Source of the DNA: an uncultured Armatimonadia bacterium
GTDB taxonomy: Bacteria > Armatimonadota > Zipacnadia > CAVVLO01
NCBI GenBank assembly: GCA_963749155.1
Contig: CAVVLO010000005.1
Location: forward strand, 128,001 to 192,000
Reading direction: 5' to 3'
DNA: 64,000 nucleotides
In this document: positions 1 through 9,867 of the stretch, in pieces
Position numbering within the stretch: the stretch's first letter is position 1
Layout of the letters: every line of letters starts with the position of its first letter
Translations under genes and position numbers: made by a program
The notes under the pieces: model-generated
The model's input: only the letters and a program-made list of their open reading frames with translations
Told to the model about the DNA's origin: nothing
The model's database searches: none

Positions 1-549
1 AGCAATGCGCTGGCTACGCTGGGCCTGGCCGAACTGGCTGGCGCCGACCTCATCGAGGCTATCGCGGCACTGGCCAAAATCAAGCCGGTGGAGCGTCGCT
101 TCGATATGAAGGGAGAAGTGGGCGGCGTGTTGCTGGTCGACGACTACGCTCATCATCCCTCCGAGATAGCCGCTACTATCAAGACAGCGCGCACCTGGTT
201 CAAACGCCCTGTTATGGCTATCTTCCAGCCGCACCTCTACAGCCGGACTCGCGATCTGAAACGGGATTTCGGCAGGGCGCTTGCTTTGGCAGATCAGGTC
301 ATAATTACGGATGTCTTCGCCGCGCGAGAAAAGCCGATTGCAGGCGTCAGTGGAGAACTGCTGGCTGAAGAGGTTCGCTCCTCCTCCGAGGCAGGGCGAG
401 TCTGTTTTGTGCATACGCCAGAGCAGGCTGCTGAACTAGCTGTGGAATTGCTTGAACCTGGCTGGGTGGCGCTCGTGATGGGCGCAGGAGATATCAACAA
501 GCTTATCCCGGAGCTCGAACGGCGCCTGTTAGCGCCTGCCAAAGCTTAG
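1..549 (+). CDS. murC: UDP-N-acetylmuramate--L-alanine ligase, C-terminal part (5' end outside window)
   Basis: Frame open from base 1; motifs RRF, DDYAHHPSEI, FQPHLYSRT, MGAGDI; followed by murB. Confidence 0.95.
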   Translation, partial: SNALATLGLAELAGADLIEAIAALAKIKPVERRFDMKGEVGGVLLVDDYAHHPSEIAATIKTARTWFKRPVMAIFQPHLYSRTRDLKRDFGRALALADQVIITDVFAAREKPIAGVSGELLAEEVRSSSEAGRVCFVHTPEQAAELAVELLEPGWVALVMGAGDINKLIPELERRLLAPAKA

Positions 550-563
550 GGGAGGCGGAACTA

Positions 564-1476
564 TTGCAGCTCGAGACCAGCCTGAGGGAGTTCGAGCGGC
601 TAGGCAGGGCTTGTGCTTGAGTCAGGCCGCAATATGGCCGAGTTCACCTCTATGGGCGTTGGGGGAGCCGCCGCCGGCTATCTGGCCCCTGCTGACCTTT
701 CGCAAAGTGGCCGCGCTTTGGTGGCCGCGCGCAAACTGGGCCTGCCAGTCTTGGTGGCTGGGCTTGGCACCAACCTCATCGTGCTGGAGGGCGGTATCAA
801 AGGCCTTGTGGTGCATCTGGCGCCTCACCTGGACAAGCTATCACTTGACGACAGGACGGTCAGCGCCGAGGCAGGCTGTTCTCTTCCCAGGCTTTGCAAG
901 CTGGTCGCCAGGGCTGGACTTACGGGACTGGAGTTCTGCTCGGGCATCCCGGGGACTCTCGGGGGCGCAGTGGCGCAAAACGCCGGCTGGAAAGAACATC
1001 AGATTGGCGAGCTTGTCCAGCGGGTCTGGATTTTCGATGAGCAGGGCGGCCTTATGCCACTGCCAGGCGAGGAAGCCGGTTTTGGTTATCGCACAAGCCG
1101 TATCAAGCGCGAGGGGCTTGTAGTAGCCCAGGTTGAGTTGCGGCTGGCTGCGGGAGACCCAGAGGTTATCCAGCGGCAAATATGCGAATATGCGCATACG
1201 CGCATAAATACCCAGCCAACCGGAAGAAGCGCCGGCAGTGTCTTCAAAAATCCGCCTGGCGATGCGGCAGGAAGGTTGCTTGACCTGGCAGGGGCCAAAG
1301 GGCTGAGGGTGGGGAGAGCGTGTATTTCCGAGCGACATGCCAACTTCATCGTGAATGAAGGGGGCGCAACAGGCGCCGATATCGTCAAACTGATGGCGAA
1401 GGCCGCAGAACTTGTGCTGGAACGGTTTGGGATTTTGCTTGAGCCTGAAGTGGAGGTGCTGGGCGCTCTTGCGTAA
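564..1476 (+). CDS. murB: UDP-N-acetylenolpyruvoylglucosamine reductase (probable +1 indel near 605-612; intact ORF 613-1476)
   Basis: TSMGVGG, GLGTNL, GIPGTLGGAVAQNAG, SAGSVFKNP, HANFIVN, LEPEV. GGAGG RBS plus TTG at 564 in another frame would give a typical ~303-aa MurB. Confidence 0.93.
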
Positions 1477-1481
1477 GCGCC

Positions 1482-2273
1482 TTGCCAGTGTGGGCTGACC
1501 AGGATGAAACCAGAGTCTCGGCTGAACCGCTGCTGACAGATGAGGATGAACCGTCTGGTAGTCCCTGGTTGCTGCCGGTATTGATTGTGATTCTAGTCGG
1601 CACTATGGCTTTCGCTGTAATCTCTACGCCTCTGGTCGAGATAACGCGTATAGAGGTGCGCTGCCAGGACCAGTCACTGGCTCGCGAGCTTGCCCAGGTG
1701 GTCAAGAGTTATCTTGGAGACAATCTGTTACTCGCGGATTTGCAAGGATTACGCGTGACTTTTGCCGACGATATCCGCTTCGAGCATGTCGCTGTGCTGC
1801 GGAAGTTGCCCCAGACGCTGGTGGTCCAGGTCTTTCCAAGAGAGCCTGTCTTTGTGATAAAGGCTGGGGACTTCTTTTATCTTTGCGACAAGTATGGTAT
1901 CTGTTATGAGGGGGCAGTTGCTTTTCGACCGGATCTCGCTTCGGTAGAACTGCCGATAAAAGAGGCTGACCTGCTTGGCGCAGAGTTGCCCGATCCACTG
2001 CTCAAGTACCTGATAGCTTTGAGCGAGCGGCTCAAGCTGACCAGCTTCGGCACTGGCGAAGTAATGGTAGTCGAGTCAGGCGGAGACGTGGTAGTGAAGA
2101 TGGAAGTTGCTCAAGGCCCAACTCTGGAACTGGCTTTGGGTGATAGCTCTCAGATGGACCTCAAGCTGGCAACAGCCCAAAGCGCCCTTGAGGAAGCACG
2201 CAGGCAGGGATTGCGGCTCGTGCGACTTGATGTGAGTAATCCCGAAGGTTGCGTAGCCCGGTTAGAGGACTGA
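1482..2273 (+). CDS. ftsQ: cell division protein FtsQ/DivIB
   Basis: Short N-tail, single TM helix, POTRA-like segment (VLRKLPQTLVVQVFPREP), C-terminal RLDVSNP; dcw position. Confidence 0.8.
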   Translation: MPVWADQDETRVSAEPLLTDEDEPSGSPWLLPVLIVILVGTMAFAVISTPLVEITRIEVRCQDQSLARELAQVVKSYLGDNLLLADLQGLRVTFADDIRFEHVAVLRKLPQTLVVQVFPREPVFVIKAGDFFYLCDKYGICYEGAVAFRPDLASVELPIKEADLLGAELPDPLLKYLIALSERLKLTSFGTGEVMVVESGGDVVVKMEVAQGPTLELALGDSSQMDLKLATAQSALEEARRQGLRLVRLDVSNPEGCVARLED

Positions 2274-2275
2274 CG

Positions 2276-3076
2276 ATGAAAGACTATCTGAAGAAGCTCA
2301 GTCAACCTCATCACCTCACGATTAGCGTGAAGGCGGCTCACGTCGCCATTATGGCTATCTGCCTGGCGCTGGGCGTGCTGGCTGGCCTGGTTACTTTCGC
2401 GCGGGGCAAAGGAGAGCTGCCCCTTGCGGGGATGCGCCTCGAGACCCTTGCGCTGATGTATACCGATGCCAAAGACGAGATTATCCGCTCCCAAAAAGAG
2501 ATTGACCGGCTGCGCGGCCAGCTTCAATCCTATGAAGATGCGGCAACTGCCAACACAGGGCTTGCCAAAGAGATGCGCGATGAGTTGCAGGAATTACGGG
2601 CTTTAGTCGGTATTCTTCCTGTAAAGGGGCCGGGAATCCTGGTAACGCTAACCGATGCGCCGCGCGCCACCGAGGGGGGCGAAGAGCTGGGAGGGCCAGA
2701 AGAGGCCATGCTCGTGCATGACCAGGATCTTATCCAGCTTGTGAACGAACTGCGCTGCGCAGGGGCCGAAGCAATCTCCATCAATGACCAGCGTATGGGC
2801 GCCCTAAGCGACATCAGATGCAGCGGGCCGGTAATCAGGGTGAATGGGAGCCAGGTCGCAGGACCTTTCCGGATAAAAGTTATTGGCGACAAGGATGCTC
2901 TCTATAGCGCGCTTACTATTCGCGGTGGTTACAAAGAACGACTGGAGCAATATGGCCCTACCGTTACCATCCAGAAGCGCGATTTGCTGGAGCTGCCCGC
3001 AATTGCTGCCAGTCCTGAACTGGACCGAGCGCGTCCAGTACTACCCGCTGAGAAACCAGCAACAGGAGGCGAGTGA
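2276..3076 (+). CDS. DUF881 (YlxW/YlxX-like) membrane coiled-coil protein
   Basis: TM + coiled coil, GPGILVTLTD, VHDQDL..LVNELRCAGAEAISINDQR, PFRIKVIGD; typical dcw neighbour. Confidence 0.9.
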   Translation: MKDYLKKLSQPHHLTISVKAAHVAIMAICLALGVLAGLVTFARGKGELPLAGMRLETLALMYTDAKDEIIRSQKEIDRLRGQLQSYEDAATANTGLAKEMRDELQELRALVGILPVKGPGILVTLTDAPRATEGGEELGGPEEAMLVHDQDLIQLVNELRCAGAEAISINDQRMGALSDIRCSGPVIRVNGSQVAGPFRIKVIGDKDALYSALTIRGGYKERLEQYGPTVTIQKRDLLELPAIAASPELDRARPVLPAEKPATGGE

Positions 3077-3447
3077 TGATGGCGCCTGTCCTCCTTGGCG
3101 TAATCGGGTTGCTCCTGGGTTTTCTGATGGGCAGCAAACTAACCGCCTTTACCAACCTGCAGCCTTATCTGGTTATTATGTTGCTGGGAGTGCTGGCTTA
3201 TGCGGTCGAAGTGCTTCAAGAGGGCGGTACGACCCGTTTTCGCCCTGGGCCAAGTGTCACTCGCTTTTTGATTGGGCTATTGATAGCCGAGGTTACCGTC
3301 TGGCTAGGCGCGCAGTTCCAGCTTGATTTGTATCTGGCGCCAGCAACTGCATATCTGGTGCTGTGCTTCTTCTACCTGTACAGGCTGAGATTCTATTCTG
3401 AGCCCGGGCGCGATGACGGGAAGGGAAACCGGATGGATGGCGGGTAG
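3073..3447 (+). CDS. small basic protein (DUF1290/Sbp-like) membrane protein
   Basis: ~124 aa, hydrophobic, QPYL...L and WLGAQFQLDLYLA patterns; between DUF881 and ftsA as in terrabacterial dcw clusters. Confidence 0.7.
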   Translation: MMMAPVLLGVIGLLLGFLMGSKLTAFTNLQPYLVIMLLGVLAYAVEVLQEGGTTRFRPGPSVTRFLIGLLIAEVTVWLGAQFQLDLYLAPATAYLVLCFFYLYRLRFYSEPGRDDGKGNRMDGG

Positions 3448-4684
3448 CGAGTTCTACGTAGGCCTCGATGTGGGCACCACGAAGGTGCTCTGCGTGGTCG
3501 CTCAGACTGAAACCGAGGGCGGGCTGCGCCTTGTAGGTGTTGGTCGCTCTGCCTGCAAAGGGCTTCAGAAAGGAATGGTCGCCGACATCGAGCTTACCGC
3601 CGAGGCGATCAAGAAGGCTGTCAAGCAGGCCGAAAGTCTGGCCGCTGTGCGTATCCATTCAGCGGTCATCGGAGTCACTGGCAACCATGTCAGTTGCCGC
3701 AACGAGCATGCCCATGTTGCGATTACGACTCCCGATTATGTCATTGGCGAAGTGGATATCGAGCGCGTAATGGACCAGGTCAAAGCTGTGGATTTGCCTG
3801 GCGACCGAGAAGTGCTTCACGTTATCGCGCGCGAGTTCACCGTAGATGACCAACACGGTATCAAACGTCCCCAGGGGATGTCCGGCAAGACTCTCGGAGT
3901 TGAGGCGCATCTCGTAACAGGCGCCGTAACAGCCTTAAACAACATCCGGGCCGCTGTCAGTCGAGCTGGGCTTGGCATAGATGACCTGGTGCTCGAGCCA
4001 ATTGCGACCGCCGAGAGCGTCCTCAATGAGGAAGAGAAAGAGATTGGCGTCGCAGTGGTGGATGTGGGGGGCGGCACGAGCGATGTGGCGGTCTTCTACG
4101 AGGGTGCCATTATCCACAGTGGCGTGGTGCCGATAGGGGGTAACCACTTCACTCGGGATTTGCAGATAGGCCTTCAGACTTCCTTTGATGAGGCCGAACG
4201 CATTAAAAGGCAACACGGTGTGGCAATGCAATCTCTGGTGAAAGAAACCTCAACCTTCAGTCTTTCTACCGCCAGTGGAGAGCAACTCCGGGAAGTGCCA
4301 ACGCAAAAGGCGGCTTATATCCTCGAGGCGCGTTCTCGCGAACTGCTCAAGCTTGCGCTGAAAGAAATCCACAAGTCTCGCGTACTGCCCATGCTTTCGG
4401 CAGGGGTTGTTTTCACCGGTGGGGGCTCGCAGATCCGCGGGATGGACTCTCTGGCCCGTTCGCTCTACGAGGTTATTCCCATCCGGATGGGCTTGCCTTC
4501 CCACGTTACCAGTTATGCGGCCGACCTGCTCAAAGACCCCGGCGCCTCAACCGGAATCGGCCTGGTGCTGTATAGCAGGCGCAACTGGCCAGCGCGCGGA
4601 CTCGATACTTCCACCCCGAAAAAATTTCTCGCGGCTTTCCGCGAGCGCTTGCGGAGCTGGTTCTTCCCAAGCAACCGGCCCTGA
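3437..4684 (+). CDS. ftsA: cell division protein FtsA
   Basis: GLDVGTTKV, VVDVGGGTSD, IGGNHFTRD, AERIK, GVVFTGGGSQ actin-like motifs. Confidence 0.97.
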   Translation: MAGSEFYVGLDVGTTKVLCVVAQTETEGGLRLVGVGRSACKGLQKGMVADIELTAEAIKKAVKQAESLAAVRIHSAVIGVTGNHVSCRNEHAHVAITTPDYVIGEVDIERVMDQVKAVDLPGDREVLHVIAREFTVDDQHGIKRPQGMSGKTLGVEAHLVTGAVTALNNIRAAVSRAGLGIDDLVLEPIATAESVLNEEEKEIGVAVVDVGGGTSDVAVFYEGAIIHSGVVPIGGNHFTRDLQIGLQTSFDEAERIKRQHGVAMQSLVKETSTFSLSTASGEQLREVPTQKAAYILEARSRELLKLALKEIHKSRVLPMLSAGVVFTGGGSQIRGMDSLARSLYEVIPIRMGLPSHVTSYAADLLKDPGASTGIGLVLYSRRNWPARGLDTSTPKKFLAAFRERLRSWFFPSNRP

Positions 4685-5152
4685 GTCTCGTTTTAAAAGT
4701 GCTTCTTTTAAAGCAGCCTCTCACTTTACCCACTCCACTAGCCTTGGGGCACAGCACCTTTGTTTCCTCTGGGCAGACTTCTGCTGGTCAGGAGTTTGGC
4801 GCTTCGAATCTGCCAGGCGGAAATACACAGGAAAAATTAAGCATAAAATCTTCCTTAGCACCTCGGTATATCTAAAGCAGACAGGCCAGGCAAGGGCCTT
4901 CGAGCAGCTAGCTCTGCTGAGCCCAGGGCTGGCTCTCCAAAACACTGCCGGAGAAGCTCTAAACGCTATATTAGCGCCCTTTGTAGGTAACTGAGCCAGG
5001 ATGAAAATGAGTAATCTGATGTCAATCTCGATGCCTGGCTCAGGCGCCGGCTAACGGACCTACATGGACTATCACGACAAAAGGCTCTGCTACAAGACAG
5101 GAGGCGGCTTTCCGACCTGGTTTTCACCCCTGAAGGAAAGTGCCGGAGGGGG

Positions 5153-5180
5153 TTGTAAGGAAACCAATTGCCGATATAAT
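5153..5180 (+). promoter_or_regulatory. putative sigma70 promoter
   Basis: TTGTAA-N16-TATAAT upstream of the anti-sigma/surface-protein pair. Confidence 0.5.
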
Positions 5181-5264
5181 GGGCCTAAGGGAGAGGTAAG
5201 ACACGCTCTCTGGATTCTTTTTTTATTTTTCGTCTTTTTTTTCGATAAATCTGCAACTCGTGGA

Positions 5265-5292
5265 GCAACTTTACCGAGGGCTCGCTGTCTAT
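5265..5292 (+). promoter_or_regulatory. putative ECF-sigma promoter
   Basis: CAACTT-N16-TCTAT (AAC...GTCTAT), resembling the sigmaE consensus GAACTT-N16-TCTRA and the site at 49344-49372. Confidence 0.4.
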
Positions 5293-5330
5293 GCAACTGA
5301 CACGCACGACGCGAGACGGTGGTAAGCAGC

Positions 5331-6578
5331 ATGAAGTGCAATGACAACGAACTGCTTCTGATGGATTACCTCGAGGGTAACCTCGACGCCCAGACAGCCC
5401 GGGTGGTCGAGTTGCACCTGGAAGAATGTCCCCGTTGCCAGGCCAGGTTCGAAGCCATGAGCGAACTGGTTGGCGGCCTGCTTGAGATCCCCGAAATTGG
5501 TTGCTCCGATGCCTTTGATTCAGGCCTGCTTTCGGCCTTGGAACTCGTTGATGAAGAAGACCTGCTGAGCTGCGAGCAGGTTGAAGAATTGATCTGCCTT
5601 GAAGGACTCGACGATTTGCCCTATGAGGTAAGCAAGCTGGCAGAAGCCCATCTGGCCTCTTGTGCCTCTTGTAGCGCTGGCGCGCAGGACGCCAGGCAAC
5701 TGGAACGCGCGCTGGCTTCGGTAGAAGAGATTGCGCCAACCAGTAACGCGAAGGCCGCGCTGCACGCTTACTGGGCTGAGGAAGACGCGCCGACGGTGGT
5801 ACAGCGGGTCGCCAGCACTTTCAAGCCGCGCGCTCGCCTCTCATACGGCACTGTGGCTGCTGCGGCAGTCCTGCTTGTAGCTTTTGCACTGCCTGGCCTT
5901 ATGAAAGGGACGGGCACTGCTCCTACAGCCGGTCCAGATTTCCCAGTGACGACGACGGCGCCTGAGACAACTCCAGGCACCTCTGTAACGATCGCCTCCG
6001 CTGACCCGGCGAGCGCTGCCGCAAGCGAAGAGACGGCTTATGTAGATGAAGGCGCGCCCACCAGCGAGGAGACCGTAGCTTTGCTGCCTGGCAAGGCACC
6101 GACAAAGCCGACGTCACTGGTGACAATGAAGACTCAGCCTCGTATGAGCGCTGCAGGCGCCGATAACGGCCCCGCGCTCAACAGAGCGCCTGTAAGCACC
6201 ACTTCAGTGGAACGGAGCGCAAGCGAGACCGGCCTGAAGCCGAGTGCTGGCATCCAGATAGCTTATGCGCCTTCAATCGGCGCAGGCAGTGGCAGTGACG
6301 CCCTGGCGCGGTCGGTAAGGTTGCAGAGGGCAAGCTACGAAAGCAATCTCAAGTTGCTGGTGTCGAATGCCGATAAGGGAACAAAACCAGTCCATACGGA
6401 TACGCCATCGGGCGGGGCAAGTTCCGTAACCGTGGCAAGCCACACGGATACAGGCGCCAGCTCTGCGACGGGCGCCGGCGCAAGTTCGACTCAGCCAGCC
6501 CAGCCGGCAGAGCCGAAGCCCGCGAAGACTAACGAACCTTACGGAGGCAGCCTGCCGGCTAACTCCATACCTTTCTAA
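5331..6578 (+). CDS. membrane-anchored anti-sigma-like protein with two zf-HC2 domains and a long Ala/Ser/Thr/Pro-rich extracytoplasmic tail
   Basis: HLEECPRC and HLASCASC motifs, each preceded by the typical C..(LL/EE)..DYL/GLD helix; TM YGTVAAAAVLLVAFALPGLM; low-complexity C-terminus. Confidence 0.8.
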   Translation: MKCNDNELLLMDYLEGNLDAQTARVVELHLEECPRCQARFEAMSELVGGLLEIPEIGCSDAFDSGLLSALELVDEEDLLSCEQVEELICLEGLDDLPYEVSKLAEAHLASCASCSAGAQDARQLERALASVEEIAPTSNAKAALHAYWAEEDAPTVVQRVASTFKPRARLSYGTVAAAAVLLVAFALPGLMKGTGTAPTAGPDFPVTTTAPETTPGTSVTIASADPASAAASEETAYVDEGAPTSEETVALLPGKAPTKPTSLVTMKTQPRMSAAGADNGPALNRAPVSTTSVERSASETGLKPSAGIQIAYAPSIGAGSGSDALARSVRLQRASYESNLKLLVSNADKGTKPVHTDTPSGGASSVTVASHTDTGASSATGAGASSTQPAQPAEPKPAKTNEPYGGSLPANSIPF

Positions 6579-6600
6579 GATACAACCAGGGCCGTTTTGG

Positions 6601-9600
6601 ATGGTCCAAGTGAGTAAGATGAAGCTGCTGCGGACACAACTGAATAAGAGGCGCCTCCTGGCCTGGTTGACGGCAATGCTGTTTGCCATCAACTCGGTCG
6701 TGCCTGGCTTCGCCTTCGCTCAGACCGCGCAGCCCGAGCAGCCCGCGTCCGAGACCACCGAGCCGCAGTTGGTTCTGCGCACCGATTTGGCCGCAAGCTG
6801 GGAGCCGAATCAGCAGGCGCAGACGACTGAAGAAGGCCAGGTCGAGGCGTCGGCTCCAGTCGATCCGCTGAAGGCCGAGATCACTGTCAAGGGCAAGCCC
6901 TTCGAGGTTACCTTCAACGGGCAGAACGCAGCTGATCCTTACAGTATGGGCCGCAAGGAAGTCGCCCCTGGCAGCGAGACAGTATGGCGCGGCCAGACAG
7001 TAGGCGGCCAGGTGACCTGGAAGCAACTGCGGCGAGATATCGAATATTACATCCTGAGTTATGAGGATGGACTTATCGGTTTCAGCAAGGCCATCCCCGT
7101 CGAGACCCAGATCAAGGTGAAGGGCTGGGCCGAGGGCGAAGAGACCCAGGTTGGTCGGAGCAATGGCATAGTTGGCGGCGGCAAGCTTCAGCTTTCCAGC
7201 AAGCTGAAGATGTCCTTCAGCGCGACCAGCGACCCGAAGAAGAACCTCTCTTCGATGGGCCTGCGCCAGGAAGCCGATTTCGGCGGACTAAAGTTCAACA
7301 GCAGCTACTACACAAGCGGCACGACCGAGCAGTCGTACCGTACGGCTTATACACGCCAAGTGGCCTCCAAGATGGCCGCAGGCGCTACGAAGGAAGACCT
7401 GAGCAATTTCAAGCCCGAGTTCAGCGACGCGCGCCAGGGCACGGCCTTTATGGTCGACAACGGCGCCCTGAAAGTCGGGAAGAACCAGGTCGACTTCTTC
7501 TACCGCAAAGCCGACAAGTCTTTCACGCTGACCGACACGGACCAGAGCTATCTGAACCAGTTCGCCAGCACGATGGGGCTGTCTGGAAGTAAGGCAGCCG
7601 ATCTGCTCGAGCAGGTGCGCGGGCGCGAGATGTGGGGCGTCAAGACAGGGATGTCCTTCAAGGACACTCTGTCGGTGAGCTACAACCAGCTCAGCTCCAG
7701 CACTGAGGGCGGCGCCTCGGGCGATGCCCGGATGATAGCGGCCAACGCCAAGCTGGGCAGCAAGGGCAGCCTCAGTTATACGATACGCGAGGTGGACGCG
7801 GGCTTCGATTTCTCGGCGAAGGACGAGGCCATGCGGTCTCGCTTCACCGAGGGATTCGGCGTTAGTGGCGACGCGAACAAGGCACTGAACGGCACGCGCG
7901 GCAGCAAGGTATCCATCCTGGCTTCCGAACTGGCGCCGAGTGACAAGCTCAAGCTCAGCTACAAGAGTTTCGCCACCCAGTATGGCGAGGAGAAGCAGGG
8001 CAGTGCTTCGGTGGCCAATATCAGCACCTCGGCTGACAAGTTGCAACTGTCGTTGCGGTATCGCAAGGCGGATGGCAACTTCAACCTGAACCAGAGCGAC
8101 GAGACCTTGTGGCAGAGCTTCCGGAGCGATTATGGTGTTGGTGGCAACAACGCCGGTGAGGTTGTTGCACAGGCGCGCGATCGCTCCTATATGGACCTGA
8201 ACGCCAGCTACAAGTTGAGCCCGAAGCTGGGCTTCCAGTTCTCGCGCAACACAGTAGATTACGGGAAGCAGTCCATCGGACGCGCCAATGCCAAAGACAC
8301 CGTGGATAACTGGCGGATGGACTGGGACAATGGGCCGCGTTTGAAGGTCAACTACGCGACCACCAACTGGACAGGTCACGACAAGCTGAGCGGCAACGAG
8401 GCTATCAACAAATACAACGTGTTGAATGTAGCCAGCCAGTTGCCTGTTGCCGGAAAGGACTTCAGCTTCAACTATAAGCGCGAGCTGACAACTACGGATG
8501 GTAACACCCGAGATGTCACAGGCGCTGCCGAGACACTGAAGCAGAGCTACAACCTGGAAGGCAGCGTGCTGCCGAACTTCAAGCTCAAGGCCGACCTGGT
8601 GACGACCGGCTTTAACTCGACCGCTCCAGACCAGAAGTCGATGAACGTCGAACTCTGGGGCCAGGGGCGTATCAAGGGGATCAATGCAGAGTTCAAGGAA
8701 GCGCCCATTTTGGCCTATCGCACGCGCGACAATAGCGATGGCGTGACGACCAGAGAGGCGCTGGAACTCAATGGCCCAGGCTTCAAGCTGGGCGACAAGT
8801 TGATGGGCAACTTCAACTACAGCCGCACCAGAGATAATGGAGAGATTGAAAATACTTTCCAGCAGCTTGGTATTTCGTATGAGCTGTCGGGCGACTTGAA
8901 GCTCAACCTGGCTTACCGTAATTCTGAGCAGAAGGCCATAGGGCCAGATGCCAAGAGTCGGGCCCTTGATGTATGGGCGCAGACCAGATATACCAATGGT
9001 GGCCTCGAGTGGGCCATGGATTCAAAGACCAAGCTGTCCGCAAGCTGGGACCGGTTGGCCGATAAGGGCGCAATGACTTCCGGGCAATAAGTCACTTAGC
9101 TTGAACCGCGATGTCAGCGGTCTGTTTGGACTGGACGAAGGGAGTTCATTGGCCTTTAGTTATGGCAGCGTCAATACCCGCAGTCAGATGCAGAAGAACA
9201 AGGCCAGCGTTAGTGGCGTACTCAAGCTCGGAAATGGCACCACGCTCGAGGGCGAGTATTCGCACTGGCGCGGCTGGCACAACGTCGGCAACGAGGGTAT
9301 GACGACCAAGAAGCTGAAGCTCGAGACGACTCTCGACTTCCTGGGTGACGCCAAGCTGAGCTACAATTATGGCGCCAATCCGCTCGAGAAAAAGGACAAT
9401 AAGGACATCGTAATTGGTGACAAGGCCTGGCGCACCTTGATGTTGACCGGTTCGCTGGATCAGGTAAAGGGATTGACCTATAGCTTCGCAATCCAGAATG
9501 GTCGCAACCAGGCAGGCGCAAATTACGACCGGCTGACTCAACTGCAGCTTAACCAGAGCTTCGGCAATCGCCAGCTTGGGCTGACCCTTGGTACGGCCGG

Positions 9601-9766
9601 CTTCAGCAATACTGGTGGCGGCAGCATGAGCGACTTCTACAGCTTCAGCTATCAGGAGACGCTGAAGGGCGGTCAGGCCATCAAGGTGACCCTGACCGAC
9701 GACCCAGGCCGGTTCAGTACCAAGAACGGCACCGAGATCTGGGCAGAATACAGTACTGATTTCTAG
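6601..9766 (+). CDS. large exported beta-rich (outer-membrane/surface) protein, ~1050 aa; split by +1 G at 9082-9084
   Basis: Signal peptide ending AFA/QT; amphipathic beta-strand pattern; ORF 6601-9090 continues into ORF 9101-9766 via TCC GG(G)C AAT AAG; C-terminal WAEYSTDF; followed by a terminator. Confidence 0.75.
7495..8250 (+). repeat. three tandem ~93-aa protein repeats within the large exported protein
   Basis: FYRKADKSF..D..F....G.SG (7501), YTIREVDAGF..D..F..GFGVSG (~7783), RYRKADGNF..D..F...YGVGG (8059); spacing 282 and 276 nt. Confidence 0.75.
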
Positions 9767-9790
9767 AGTCGGTTACAGTAAATCCACAAG

Positions 9791-9820
9791 AAGCGGGCTG
9801 ACTTCGGTCGGCCCGCTTTC
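9791..9820 (+). terminator. intrinsic terminator-like hairpin
   Basis: AAGCGGGCTGAC-TTCG-GTCGGCCCGCTT then TC; 25 nt after the stop at 9766. Confidence 0.75.
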
Positions 9821-9867
9821 GGTTTGGCAGGCAGCGGTGCTATTATCACCGCGGTGCGCCAATAAAG

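Noticed and set aside
5131..5150. GAAGGAAAGTGCC resembling the RNase P RNA GAGGAAAGTCC motif
   Set aside because: Imperfect match with no 3' partner motif; no tmRNA, SRP or 6S hallmark recognised in this region either
5064..5300. 78-aa ORF with a Phe-rich hydrophobic stretch
   Set aside because: The hydrophobic run comes from the poly-T tract; no RBS; overlaps promoter-like motifs
7288..8379. 363-aa minus-strand ORF
   Set aside because: Antisense shadow of the codon-biased exported protein
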